A stretch of 64,000 bases of DNA from Thermodesulfobacteriota bacterium (GTDB lineage Bacteria > Desulfobacterota_D > UBA1144 > Nemesobacterales > Nemesobacteraceae), in assembly GCA_965200595.1 (NCBI GenBank), contig CBDAUE010000004.1, positions 20,796 to 84,795 of the forward strand. Reading direction: 5' to 3'. This document shows, piece after piece, positions 39,571 through 47,661 of the stretch (within the stretch, counting starts at the first letter, position 1; every line of letters starts with the position of its first letter). The notes below the pieces were generated by a model. That model had not been told where the DNA came from and did not search any database. It saw only the letters and a list, made by a program, of their open reading frames with translations. The translations under genes were made by a program, and so were the position numbers.

Positions 39571-40890
39571 AGAAGTGGACCCCAAAAATCAGACAGCACC
39601 TTAAGTGTATTTCCTTGGTATTCTAAAAGAGTATACAGGAGGTACATAATGAAGAGTAAAAGACGTAATCATTCACCGCAGTTCAAGGCAAAGGTAGCGT
39701 TTTTGGCGGTAAAAGGAGACAAGACAGTAGCGGAGCTTGCCCGGCAGTTTGAGGTTCATCCCAATCAGATAAGCATGTGGAAGAAGAAGCAGCTCGGCAA
39801 CGCCGCGGACAAAGTGTTCGGCCAGGGGGCGGGCAGCAAGGCGGCGGGCGAGAGCAAGTACGTAAACCAGCTTGAATCCAAGGTGGGCCAGCTGACGCTG
39901 GAGAACGATTTTTTATCAAAGGCGCTCGGTCGGCAGCGGCGCAAGAAGTTGGTAGTGCGCGGCCGGGCACTTTCTTTGGTAAGGCAGTGCAAACTGCTGG
40001 ATATAAATCGCTCAAATATTTACTACAAACCTGTGGGGGTATCCCCGCAGGACGAAGAGATTGTGAAGAAGATTGACAGGATCTACATTAAGTATCCGTT
40101 TAAGGGTTCAAGAAGGATGGTGTACGCCCTTAAGGCACAGGGCGTACAGGTGGGCAGAAAGCGTGTTATGAGGCTTATGGGGATACGAGGGCTTGCTCCC
40201 GGCCCCCAGACTACAAAGAAAGGGGGAGCAGAGCACAGGATATACCCGTATCTGCTGCGGGGGAAGACTGTAGAGCTTCCCGGGCAGGTATGGGCGGCAG
40301 ACATAACGTATATAGAGATGAGCAGGGGTTTTGTGTATCTGTGTGCGGTAATGGACTGGCACTCGTGCAAGGTTCTTAGCTGGAGAGTGTCTAACACAAT
40401 GGACAGCAGTTTTTGCGTGGAGGCTCTGGAAGAAGCGCTTTACAAGTATGATAAGCCCGAGATATTCAACACCGATCAAGGAAGTCAGTTCACAAGTGAA
40501 GAGTTTACGGGAGTTCTTAAAGACAGAGATATAAAGATAAGCATGGACGGCAAGGGAAGCTGGAGAGACAATGTTTTTGTGGAGAGGCTTTGGAGAAGTG
40601 TTAAGTACGAGGAAGTGTATCTGATGGCATATGAATCCGTTGCCTCGGCAAAGGCAGGTATAGGGAAGTGGATAGATTTTTACAATAAAAAAAGACCACA
40701 TCAGGGGCTTGGAATGAAAACACCGGATGAGGTTTACTATGGTCTTGGGACAGCACAGAAGAATGTGGCTTGAAGCAATGAGACAGACAGAGCAGAGAGT
40801 TTATGGTTTTGGGAGTCTTAAAGATGGTTATGCGTTGGTGGGAATACACTTAAGAAAACAAAAATGCTGTCTAAAAAAGGGGACCACCTC
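39571..40890 (+). mobile_element. IS3-family insertion sequence, copy 3.
   Basis: Same IRs as the other copies. Flanks are TAA and GTC, so there is no target-site duplication. The left flank is the IS1595 fragment and the right flank is the cas9 remnant. Confidence 0.9.
39649..40773 (+). CDS. IS3-family transposase (374 aa, intact).
   Basis: Near-identical to the copy at 9325-10449. Confidence 0.9.
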   Translation: MKSKRRNHSPQFKAKVAFLAVKGDKTVAELARQFEVHPNQISMWKKKQLGNAADKVFGQGAGSKAAGESKYVNQLESKVGQLTLENDFLSKALGRQRRKKLVVRGRALSLVRQCKLLDINRSNIYYKPVGVSPQDEEIVKKIDRIYIKYPFKGSRRMVYALKAQGVQVGRKRVMRLMGIRGLAPGPQTTKKGGAEHRIYPYLLRGKTVELPGQVWAADITYIEMSRGFVYLCAVMDWHSCKVLSWRVSNTMDSSFCVEALEEALYKYDKPEIFNTDQGSQFTSEEFTGVLKDRDIKISMDGKGSWRDNVFVERLWRSVKYEEVYLMAYESVASAKAGIGKWIDFYNKKRPHQGLGMKTPDEVYYGLGTAQKNVA

Positions 40891-41124
40891 TGTCTATGCA
40901 ACCGTCATACAGACGCACTGTTGAATCCTCAAATTCAGCATTGAGTCCGTTAAAAACCACAAATTGTCTACCCGAATAGGTGATCACATAAAAATATATC
41001 TCCCCTGATTTCCAGGGAGCTTTTCTCCAGCAGGGCCTGAATCGAGTCAATGCTCTGGATAGAACCTCTGCTTGCAGCAATTGCGAGAGCCCTAGCGGAG
41101 TAATAGAGTTGACAATCTTCCTAG
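40891..41124 (-). pseudogene. cas9: Degenerate continuation of the cas9 remnant between IS1182 copy A and IS3 copy 3.
   Basis: Minus-strand frames read RAKALGRLSTLLLR(stop) and ...QLYYSARALAIAASRGSIQS. These are co-linear with Cas9 residues about 125-160 (NmeCas9 [27 protein letters not shown]; SpyCas9 LIYLALAHMIKFRG). Low complexity, so this is tentative. Confidence 0.35.
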
Positions 41125-42660
41125 GAGTCTGTCGGGCTTTAGCGGTCATTTAATGTTAAAACAACGGTATCAAGATGTCTGAGAAGGAGAAGACAATGAG
41201 ACGGAGGTTTGTATCAGCAGACCGCAAGACGCCGCAGATGTTTCCGCCTACAATAGAAGAGTATCTGCCCGAAGACCATCTTGCCCGGTTTGTGGTGGAG
41301 ATAGTTGAGCAGCTGGATCTGAGAAGGCTGACGGAAGCGTATTCGGGCAGGGGGTCGGCAGCGTATCATCCGGGAATGAAGGTGGCTCTTCTGTTCTACG
41401 GATACGCGACGGGGACATTCTCTTCCCGGAAGCTTGAGAAGGCAACATATGACAGTGTGGCGTACAGGTATATATGCGCTAACAGCAATCCGGATCATGA
41501 CAGCATAAACAGGTTCCGCAAGAGGTTTGGCAAGGAGCTTGGGGTATTGTTTGTACAGATACTGCAGATAGCGGGACAGATAGGGATGGGCACGGTGAGT
41601 GTGGATGGCACGAAGATAAAGGCTAATGCGAGCAGGCATAAGGCACTGAGCTGGAAGAGGGCAAGGAAGATAGAAAAGCAGCTGAACAAAGAAGTGAAGG
41701 AACTGATGAGACTTGCACGGGAGGCTGACAACTCTAAACTGCCAGAGGATATGAATGTTCCCGAAGAACTTCAGAGACGGGAAGCGAAGCGTGAGATACA
41801 GGAGCGGGCAAAGCACAGGTATGAGCGGGAGTCAGAAGTGTACGGGGAGAAGGTAGAGAAGCGGGAACAGTATGAGAAGCAAAGCGGGAAGAAGGCAGGA
41901 GGGAGCAGACCGAGGGATAAGGATCAGGTGAATCTTGTGGACGGAGATTCGCGGATAATGCCTTCGGGAGGGGGATTTGAGCAGGCATACAACGCTCAGG
42001 GTGCAGTGGATGTGGAGAGCAGACTTATAGTGACCAGGCATGTAACGCAGAACACAAACGACAAGCGTGAGATGGAGCCCGTGCTTGAGCAGTTAAAGGA
42101 GAATGAGCAGAGGCTTGGCAAGGCTGAGAATCTGCTTGCCGACAGCGGATATTACAGTGCAAGCAACGTTAACTTATGTGACAGGGCGGGGATAAAGCCT
42201 TATATATCCAAACGCAGGGAGAAGCACAACAGACCGTTTTGGGAGAGATTCGCACAGTGCAATGAGGAGGAGAAAGAGCCGGCAACACCGGTTGAAGACA
42301 TGCAGAGGAGGCTTGGAACATCCGCAGGCAAAAAGATGTACTCAAAACGCAAGTCAACGATAGAGCCTGTGTTCGGAATAATGAAGCAGGTGATGGGATT
42401 CCGGCAGTTTATGGTGCGGGGGCTTGAAGCTGTGCGCGGAGAGTGGAATCTTGTGTGCATAGGGTACAACCTGAAGAGAATGTATGCGTTGAAGGGCTGA
42501 CAAAGAGGTGAGAGAGCAGAGAATATTGGGGATTTGAGGTAAAAACAGCTCCCCGAAGCTTAGCTGAACCCCCAAAATCAAGGATTTTTGCCGATATGAC
42601 TTTCACCAGCTCTGAATCAGTTGGATTTCCCCTCAATTGTTCGCTAAGAGCGACAGACTC
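41125..42660 (+). mobile_element. IS1182/IS5-like insertion sequence, copy A (about 1.54 kb). It is inserted into cas9.
   Basis: Terminal IRs GAGTCTGTCGGGCTTTAGCG on the left, with GAGTCTGTCGCTCTTAGCG as the reverse complement of the right end. Flanking CTAG at 41121-41124 and CTTG at 42661-42664 form a probable 4-bp target duplication with one mismatch. A second, inverted copy is at 54730-56265. Confidence 0.85.
41175..42500 (+). CDS. IS1182-family (IS5-like) transposase with a DUF772/InsH N-terminal domain.
   Basis: EDHLARFVVEIVEQLDL...AYSGRGSAAYHPGMKVALLFYGYATGTFSSRKLEKATYDSVAYRYICANSNPDHDSINRFRKRF. 441 aa. Confidence 0.85.
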   Translation: MSEKEKTMRRRFVSADRKTPQMFPPTIEEYLPEDHLARFVVEIVEQLDLRRLTEAYSGRGSAAYHPGMKVALLFYGYATGTFSSRKLEKATYDSVAYRYICANSNPDHDSINRFRKRFGKELGVLFVQILQIAGQIGMGTVSVDGTKIKANASRHKALSWKRARKIEKQLNKEVKELMRLAREADNSKLPEDMNVPEELQRREAKREIQERAKHRYERESEVYGEKVEKREQYEKQSGKKAGGSRPRDKDQVNLVDGDSRIMPSGGGFEQAYNAQGAVDVESRLIVTRHVTQNTNDKREMEPVLEQLKENEQRLGKAENLLADSGYYSASNVNLCDRAGIKPYISKRREKHNRPFWERFAQCNEEEKEPATPVEDMQRRLGTSAGKKMYSKRKSTIEPVFGIMKQVMGFRQFMVRGLEAVRGEWNLVCIGYNLKRMYALKG

Positions 42661-43036
42661 CTTGGGCTTTTGCTCTTGCTTTTGCTTTTGCTCTTATAGT
42701 GTAGGGGTCTCCAAGTCTGTTGAGTTCTTTTTCTGGAGAGAGATTGTTTTTAAGTTCTTCAGGAAGAAAACCTTTTAGAATCAGATAATTTCTGATGCGG
42801 CCTTTACGTCTGTTGCGGCGCTGTATCTGCCTCCTCTGAAGTCGCGATTCTCTTCGTTTCCTGTTCTTTGGGGTAGAAGATTTGTCTTCAATGGACCTGA
42901 TAAATATACGGCTTCCGCAGTCAATAAATTTCACGGGTTCTTTATTCTTTTCTTCTATAACGCTCCAGCCAATCGAATTTGTTCCTACGTCAAGTCCTAT
43001 AACATATTCTGGCAATTTACATCCTTTAGTACTCAT
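42661..43036 (-). pseudogene. cas9: Cas9 N-terminal fragment (about 125 codons: RuvC-I motif plus arginine-rich bridge helix), truncated by IS1182 copy A.
   Basis: MSTKGCKLPEYVIGLDVGTNSIGWSVIEEKNKEPVKFIDCGSRIFIRSIEDKSSTPKNRKRRESRLQRRQIQRRNRRKGRIRNYLILKGFL...LGDPYTIRAKA. Compare NmeCas9 [39 protein letters not shown]...ARRLARSVRRLTRRRAHRLLRARRLLKREGVL...NTPWQLRAAAL. RBS GAGGT precedes the ATG at 43034-43036. The last 7 residues of the track ORF are IS sequence. Confidence 0.75.
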
Positions 43037-43039
43037 TTT

Positions 43040-43216
43040 CTGACCTCAGACTCTGAATTCTGGTTGCTTTTTCAGCTATGCTCTTATAGCATAACACAAG
43101 GGGTTTATAAAACTGGCTGAATGTGCCACGAATTTGCTATTCATAACAAGAAGCAAATGCTTCGTAGGCAATCTCTAAGGAGAACCAAAGGCCTCGCATC
43201 GGGGCCTTTTTTTTAG
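43040..43216 (+). ncRNA. Candidate orphan tracrRNA-like small RNA, transcribed divergently from the cas9 start and ending in an intrinsic terminator.
   Basis: A non-coding 335-nt gap lies between the cas9 start and era. Stable hairpins: CAGCTATGCT-CTTAT-AGCATA at 43073-43097, and ATTTGCT...AGCAAAT. The terminator AAAGGCCTCGCATCGGGGCCTTTTTTTT lies at about 43187-43216. The location (upstream of and antisense to cas9) matches the type II-A/II-C tracrRNA position. It is unverified without a repeat array. Confidence 0.35.
43187..43216 (+). terminator. Rho-independent terminator (GC stem, 9-nt loop, T8).
   Basis: AAAGGCC TCGCATCGG GGCCTTT followed by TTTTTTTT. An A-tract upstream makes it potentially bidirectional. 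Confidence 0.6.
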
Positions 43217-43372
43217 TTTTCCTCAGTTCCGGCAAGGTTAGCGTTTTGAGAATCAAGCTTTTATTCGGATAATGAAGATAAAGCTGTTTCGCTCTTCGGT
43301 AGTTTCAAATTTGAAAGCAGGACTTATAAAGAGCAGAATTGTCTGCAAAAAAAAGGGGAGGAGTAGTTTTTC

Positions 43373-44278
43373 ATGCCGGATGAGCACTTAAAAGATAACT
43401 TCAGATCTGGATTTATCTCCGTGATAGGACGGCCCAACGTGGGCAAATCCACCCTTGTGAACTCCATTGTCGGAGAAAAAGTTTCGGCAGTATCAGATAA
43501 GCCGAGCACTACCAGAAACAGAATCTTGGGAGTGAAGACTTTTGATGATTCCCAGCTGGTTTTTCTTGATACCCCGGGTGTCTACAGGGAGAAAAGCAGA
43601 CTTGGAAAATCCATGGCCCGAGCGGTAAACGGTGCTCTCTCAGACGCTGATCTGGTGGCATTTGTTACAGATGTTGAAAAACCTTTCGGAGCGGCTGATG
43701 AATCCATACTGAAAATGCTAAGAAAGCCCTCCTTGTTTGTTGTAAACAAGATCGACAAGATGAAAAAATCAAAACTCCTGTCGATACTTTCGGCTGCCGA
43801 GAGATTTTCCGAGAAGTTCCTCGAGATAGTTCCCATCTCGGCTCTTAACAACGACGGAGTGGAAGAGCTAACGCAGCTTTTAAAAAAACACCTACCCGAA
43901 GGGCCTAAATATTTCCCCGACGACATTTTCACGGATCAGCCTGAAATTTTCTACGTAAGCGAACTCATAAGGGAGAAGGTGTTTAACCTTACGAGAAAGG
44001 AAATTCCTTATAAAGTGGCGGTGGTGGTCTCGGGATTCAGCGAGGATGCGGAACGGAATCTGATCAGGATAAGCGCGGAAATCTATGTTGAAAGAAAAAG
44101 TCATAAGGGGATTCTTATAGGAAAGGGCGGGGCAATGCTAAAGCAGATTGGTTCTGAGGCCAGGGTTGATATTGAAAGGATTCTGGGAGTTAAGCTGTTC
44201 CTTGAGCTTTGGGTTAAGGTTAAAGAGAACTGGACTCAGAGCGATTTCCTGATAAATGAATTCGGTTACGGAAACTGA
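43373..44278 (+). CDS. era: GTPase Era.
   Basis: G1 GRPNVGKST, G3 DTPG, G4 NKID, and a C-terminal KH domain (GKGGAMLKQIG). Confidence 0.95.
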   Translation: MPDEHLKDNFRSGFISVIGRPNVGKSTLVNSIVGEKVSAVSDKPSTTRNRILGVKTFDDSQLVFLDTPGVYREKSRLGKSMARAVNGALSDADLVAFVTDVEKPFGAADESILKMLRKPSLFVVNKIDKMKKSKLLSILSAAERFSEKFLEIVPISALNNDGVEELTQLLKKHLPEGPKYFPDDIFTDQPEIFYVSELIREKVFNLTRKEIPYKVAVVVSGFSEDAERNLIRISAEIYVERKSHKGILIGKGGAMLKQIGSEARVDIERILGVKLFLELWVKVKENWTQSDFLINEFGYGN

Positions 44279-44291
44279 ACCGCAAGAGTCT

Positions 44292-45077
44292 TTATTCTCC
44301 CTTAAAAAAAGCTTTTCTTTTCTCAAGAAAAGCTTTTTTCCCTTCCCTGGAGTCGCTGCTTTGCCTCACATCGGCGAAGGCAGACTTTATGAGTTTTTCA
44401 TCCTCTTCTGATAGTCGCCTTCCTTGTTCCCAGATGTTTATCATTTTTTTTATCGAGATCATGGAAAGCGGGGCGTTTGTGCTTATTCCGTCGGCAAGCC
44501 CGTAGGTGAATTCTTCAAGGCTTTGTCTTTTCACAATATGGTCGACGAGCCCTTTTTCCAAAGCTCTTTGGGCGTTAACCGGGTTTCCGGTGAGAAAAAG
44601 CTCTCTGGTGAAGCCGGGACCTACCAGGTTGAGGAACTGCTTTATTCCGCTGTAGTGATAAGTGACTCCGAGCTTTACGGGCGGGATTGCAAGTTTTACG
44701 TCATCGGCGCATACTCTCAGATCGCAAGTAACTGCGAGTTCAAGTCCGGCCCCGAAGGCATGACCGTTTATCATTGCTATTACGGGAAGAGGGTAGGATT
44801 TGACTGCACGCATTGCTTCGGTCAGGGGATGACTGTTTTCTATTGCAGTTTCTTCTTCGGATATTGCGGCTATATCGTATCCTGAGCAGAAAGCTCTTTT
44901 ACCGCTTCCAGTTATAACAACGCACCTGATTTCAGTTGTTTTTCCCAGCCGTAAAAATTCCTCGGTTAAAGATTTTAGAATTTCGGGGGTGAGGGAATTT
45001 CTTTTCCGAGGTCGATTAATAGTAAGGGTGCAGACTGAATCTTCGGTTTTTACGAGAATCTCTTCGCTCTTGATCAT
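44292..45077 (-). CDS. Enoyl-CoA hydratase/isomerase (crotonase) family protein.
   Basis: Crotonase fold: INGHAFGAGLELAVTCDLRV...; C-terminal KAFLEKRKAFFKGE. Confidence 0.85.
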   Translation of the reverse strand: MIKSEEILVKTEDSVCTLTINRPRKRNSLTPEILKSLTEEFLRLGKTTEIRCVVITGSGKRAFCSGYDIAAISEEETAIENSHPLTEAMRAVKSYPLPVIAMINGHAFGAGLELAVTCDLRVCADDVKLAIPPVKLGVTYHYSGIKQFLNLVGPGFTRELFLTGNPVNAQRALEKGLVDHIVKRQSLEEFTYGLADGISTNAPLSMISIKKMINIWEQGRRLSEEDEKLIKSAFADVRQSSDSREGKKAFLEKRKAFFKGE

Positions 45078-45421
45078 AGAGATATTATTATATATTTCAT
45101 CAGTTTAGATATTAATACTATGCCTTCGGCATAGCAATTGGAAAGGGAAAACAGTGGAAGATGATGGTGAGGGTTCTTTAGATTTTCGGAAGATCTCATC
45201 TTCCCGAGCATCGCGGCCGCCTAGGGTCTGGGAGAAGTTAACGGTAAGAGTTAATACACGGCTTAAGCAGATTATGAAAAAACAGAATTTCGTGAGAAAC
45301 CTGAAGAAGTAGGAAATTTTGGATCCGCAACGGACGGAGGATAACAATTGGCGCTCTAGGCGTCCATGTCCGACTGCGGTAGAAGACCCGAAGTTGTTCT
45401 GACTTTCAGGCGGAGGCATTT

Positions 45422-45895
45422 ATGACGAAACGAAAAACCCTTTATCTGGCTAATCCCTACGGTTTTTCTGCACAACAGCGCGAAGGACCTCTGGCGGTTC
45501 TTGTCGGGGTCCTGGAATCGGTGGGAGCTGAAGTATGGGAGCCGTTTTCCCGGAATAATCAGATTGATAAGGCGGTTGCCGGTTGGGCCTACCGAGTTGG
45601 ACAGTCGGATCTTAGGGATGTGCGTGAGGCCGATGGGTTGTTTGCGGTTGTAAACGGATGTCCGCCTGATGAAGGAGTTATGGTGGAACTGGGAATGGCT
45701 CTTGCCTGGGATAAGCCTGTATTTCTGTTCAGGGACGACTTCCGCAGATGCACTGACAGTGAAGTCTATCCGCTTAATCTGATGCTGTTTGCAGGCATGC
45801 CTGAGTATGGCTGGGAAGCTTACTTGTATGGTTCCGTGGAAGAACTTTCCGATCCTGACAAAGCACTTGTCAGGTGGCTCAAAGACGCAGAATGA
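45422..45895 (+). CDS. Nucleoside 2-deoxyribosyltransferase-like protein (157 aa).
   Basis: N-terminal LYLANPYGFS and the acidic catalytic region GVMVELGMA are typical of the NDT-like Rossmann family. Inference. Confidence 0.5.
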   Translation: MTKRKTLYLANPYGFSAQQREGPLAVLVGVLESVGAEVWEPFSRNNQIDKAVAGWAYRVGQSDLRDVREADGLFAVVNGCPPDEGVMVELGMALAWDKPVFLFRDDFRRCTDSEVYPLNLMLFAGMPEYGWEAYLYGSVEELSDPDKALVRWLKDAE

Positions 45896-46008
45896 CTTCT
45901 GTTCTGTATTGAGCATTGGGCCATTCCAGAATTTACCGGTCTGCTGCTCTTAAGTATTCTGGCTATCCTGCCTGCTTTTACGGAATTACGGAACGGACAG
46001 ATGGGGAG

Positions 46009-47232
46009 TTATTGCTCCTTATTACTTCGCATCTTCCACCAAATTACCCCTAATATGAAAAGTAAAACAATACATACGGTAATGACTCCACGTATAATTC
46101 TGCTTTTCGGTTCCGTTAGGTACGCCTCTCCTTCCTCTGGGTAAAAACCCGAGCCAAGAACATACATATCATCACCGAGTGTTACCTTCTTAACATAGCC
46201 TACCTTGAATGAAGTTCCCTTTGCCTTGCCGACTTCATCAATTTCATCTCCCTCAATCGCCGGATTGTCCCACAGATAATAAACAAAACCTCCCCCCTGC
46301 TCTGCTACTCTGAGCATTTCCTTGCCAACCTCAACGCCGTTTTCGTCTACTAAATTATAAGTGGGTGTTCTGAGGAGGCTCGGATCGTTACCATTAAACA
46401 CTACTAGACCCTGCCTTGTGAAGGCGAAGAGATAAATTTCATTGTATTTCCAAGTTTTGTTTTTGTTGCTTGCCGTCAGCAGGTTTGTGATGTCCATTTT
46501 GCCCTGAGAGATTTCATAAACGTGACTTAAGAATTCGGCAGCTTTCTCCACAAAATTCTTCAGAGTGTCGGGATCTTTTACCGAATCTGCTCTCACTTCG
46601 GGCGCGTATCTTTTCACGATTTCAGGCACGGTCGGTACCACTTCATCGTGATGAAGACCCCCGATCAGGACAAGTTCAATTCCAAGCGCAGAGACTGAAC
46701 AGTTGATTGCGTAAGCCCACCTGCGCAAGGTGTTGCTGTCTGATGGATCATTTGGGTCATCCCAGTAATAATCAACAAATCCTCCCCGTTTATTTGCTTG
46801 AGCGGCGTTGATAAGTTTCTGCACTACGTCGGTTCCTTTTGCGTCCCGCCAAGTGCTTATGTCGGTGCCGGTTGCCGATTCATAATATCCGTGAGCTACG
46901 GATCTGCCTTGTTTGTCAACTAAAATCAGGTAGTTGGAACCGGACTTCCAGTCCTCATGAAAATATATTTCTCCCAGTATCTTCTGCCATAGATCAAGGC
47001 TCTGTTCGTGCGGATCCTGAAGCTCCCAGTGCGCTTTTGCGTGCAGTACAAATTCCCTTATGGCACTTCGGCTGTTTCTTGCTTTGTCGGCCGTTACAGT
47101 TTCTTTACTGGCATTTGCATGCTTGCCGTGGGCCGAGGCCGAATGCATGTGAAAAAAAACGCATATGAATACCAGTACGCAAACAAAGACTCCCTTTAAT
47201 ACCGAGATTTTAAAATTATGACTTTTCAGCAT
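46009..47232 (-). CDS. Membrane-anchored periplasmic double Cache-like ligand-binding protein with no output domain. Start set at MLKSHNF; the track ORF extends to 47307.
   Basis: Two Cache-like modules each carrying GGFVDYYWDDPNDP / GGGFVYYLWDNPAI. N-terminal signal/TM, C-terminal TM helix ITVCIVLLFILGVIWW, then stop. Confidence 0.55.
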   Translation of the reverse strand: MLKSHNFKISVLKGVFVCVLVFICVFFHMHSASAHGKHANASKETVTADKARNSRSAIREFVLHAKAHWELQDPHEQSLDLWQKILGEIYFHEDWKSGSNYLILVDKQGRSVAHGYYESATGTDISTWRDAKGTDVVQKLINAAQANKRGGFVDYYWDDPNDPSDSNTLRRWAYAINCSVSALGIELVLIGGLHHDEVVPTVPEIVKRYAPEVRADSVKDPDTLKNFVEKAAEFLSHVYEISQGKMDITNLLTASNKNKTWKYNEIYLFAFTRQGLVVFNGNDPSLLRTPTYNLVDENGVEVGKEMLRVAEQGGGFVYYLWDNPAIEGDEIDEVGKAKGTSFKVGYVKKVTLGDDMYVLGSGFYPEEGEAYLTEPKSRIIRGVITVCIVLLFILGVIWWKMRSNKEQ

Positions 47233-47321
47233 GGTGTTTGTGGCAACTCTAGCGAATCGGATTAAAGAAAAATAAAGTAATAACGTACCGGTTTTTTCTA
47301 AAGTCACAACAGGTCAAGCGA

Positions 47322-47486
47322 AGCATTTGCGTAGTAAAGGGTTTTTCGGGGTTTGAGATTTTTGGAATAACGTAGCGGGGGGGGGTATTCCGGCAATTTC
47401 AAAGCCGGATAGCCTGATCCAGGCCGATTCAGACACAACTCAGCGTCGATTCACCTGAGAATCGCCATTTCCGACCAAGCGCGGAT
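47322..47486 (-). repeat. Copy B of the roughly 160-bp X element, in the 5' region of the double-Cache gene.
   Basis: The reverse complement aligns with 38641-38795, including the GGCTTTGAAATTGCCGGAATACCCCC hairpin block and the ...TACTACGCAAATGC end. Confidence 0.6.
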
Positions 47487-47661
47487 ACAGCAGTCCCTTC
47501 AAGGTTAATTTCTCTTTAATTTTTCTGTGAACAATTAAGAGACGCTAACTAGTATCGGCGTAAAGGTATCTCATAAAAAGTTGCGTTTCGAACTTGAAAC
47601 CACGGATAAATTCACCGCAATCAGCGGGTTCTGGCGAGTCCGATCTCTGCTATCGCTTCTT

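Noticed and set aside
42661-43036. Alternative reading of the RuvC-I fragment as IscB or TnpB rather than Cas9.
   Set aside because: RuvC-I sits at the extreme N-terminus, with no preceding PLMP domain. It is followed by a long arginine-rich bridge helix and a segment aligning to the REC-lobe start of Cas9. The IGLDxGTNSxGW spelling is the Cas9 one.
44311-44339. Stem-loop GCTTTTCTT-TTCTC-AAGAAAAGC with flanking A and T runs, between era and the enoyl-CoA hydratase gene.
   Set aside because: It lies inside the last codons of the hydratase CDS (…KAFLEKRKAFFKGE). It may double as a bidirectional terminator, but it is not an independent feature.
45105-45419. 104-aa minus-strand ORF in the gap upstream of the NDT-like gene.
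   Set aside because: Low-complexity translation of a hairpin-rich non-coding leader, with no start or RBS context.
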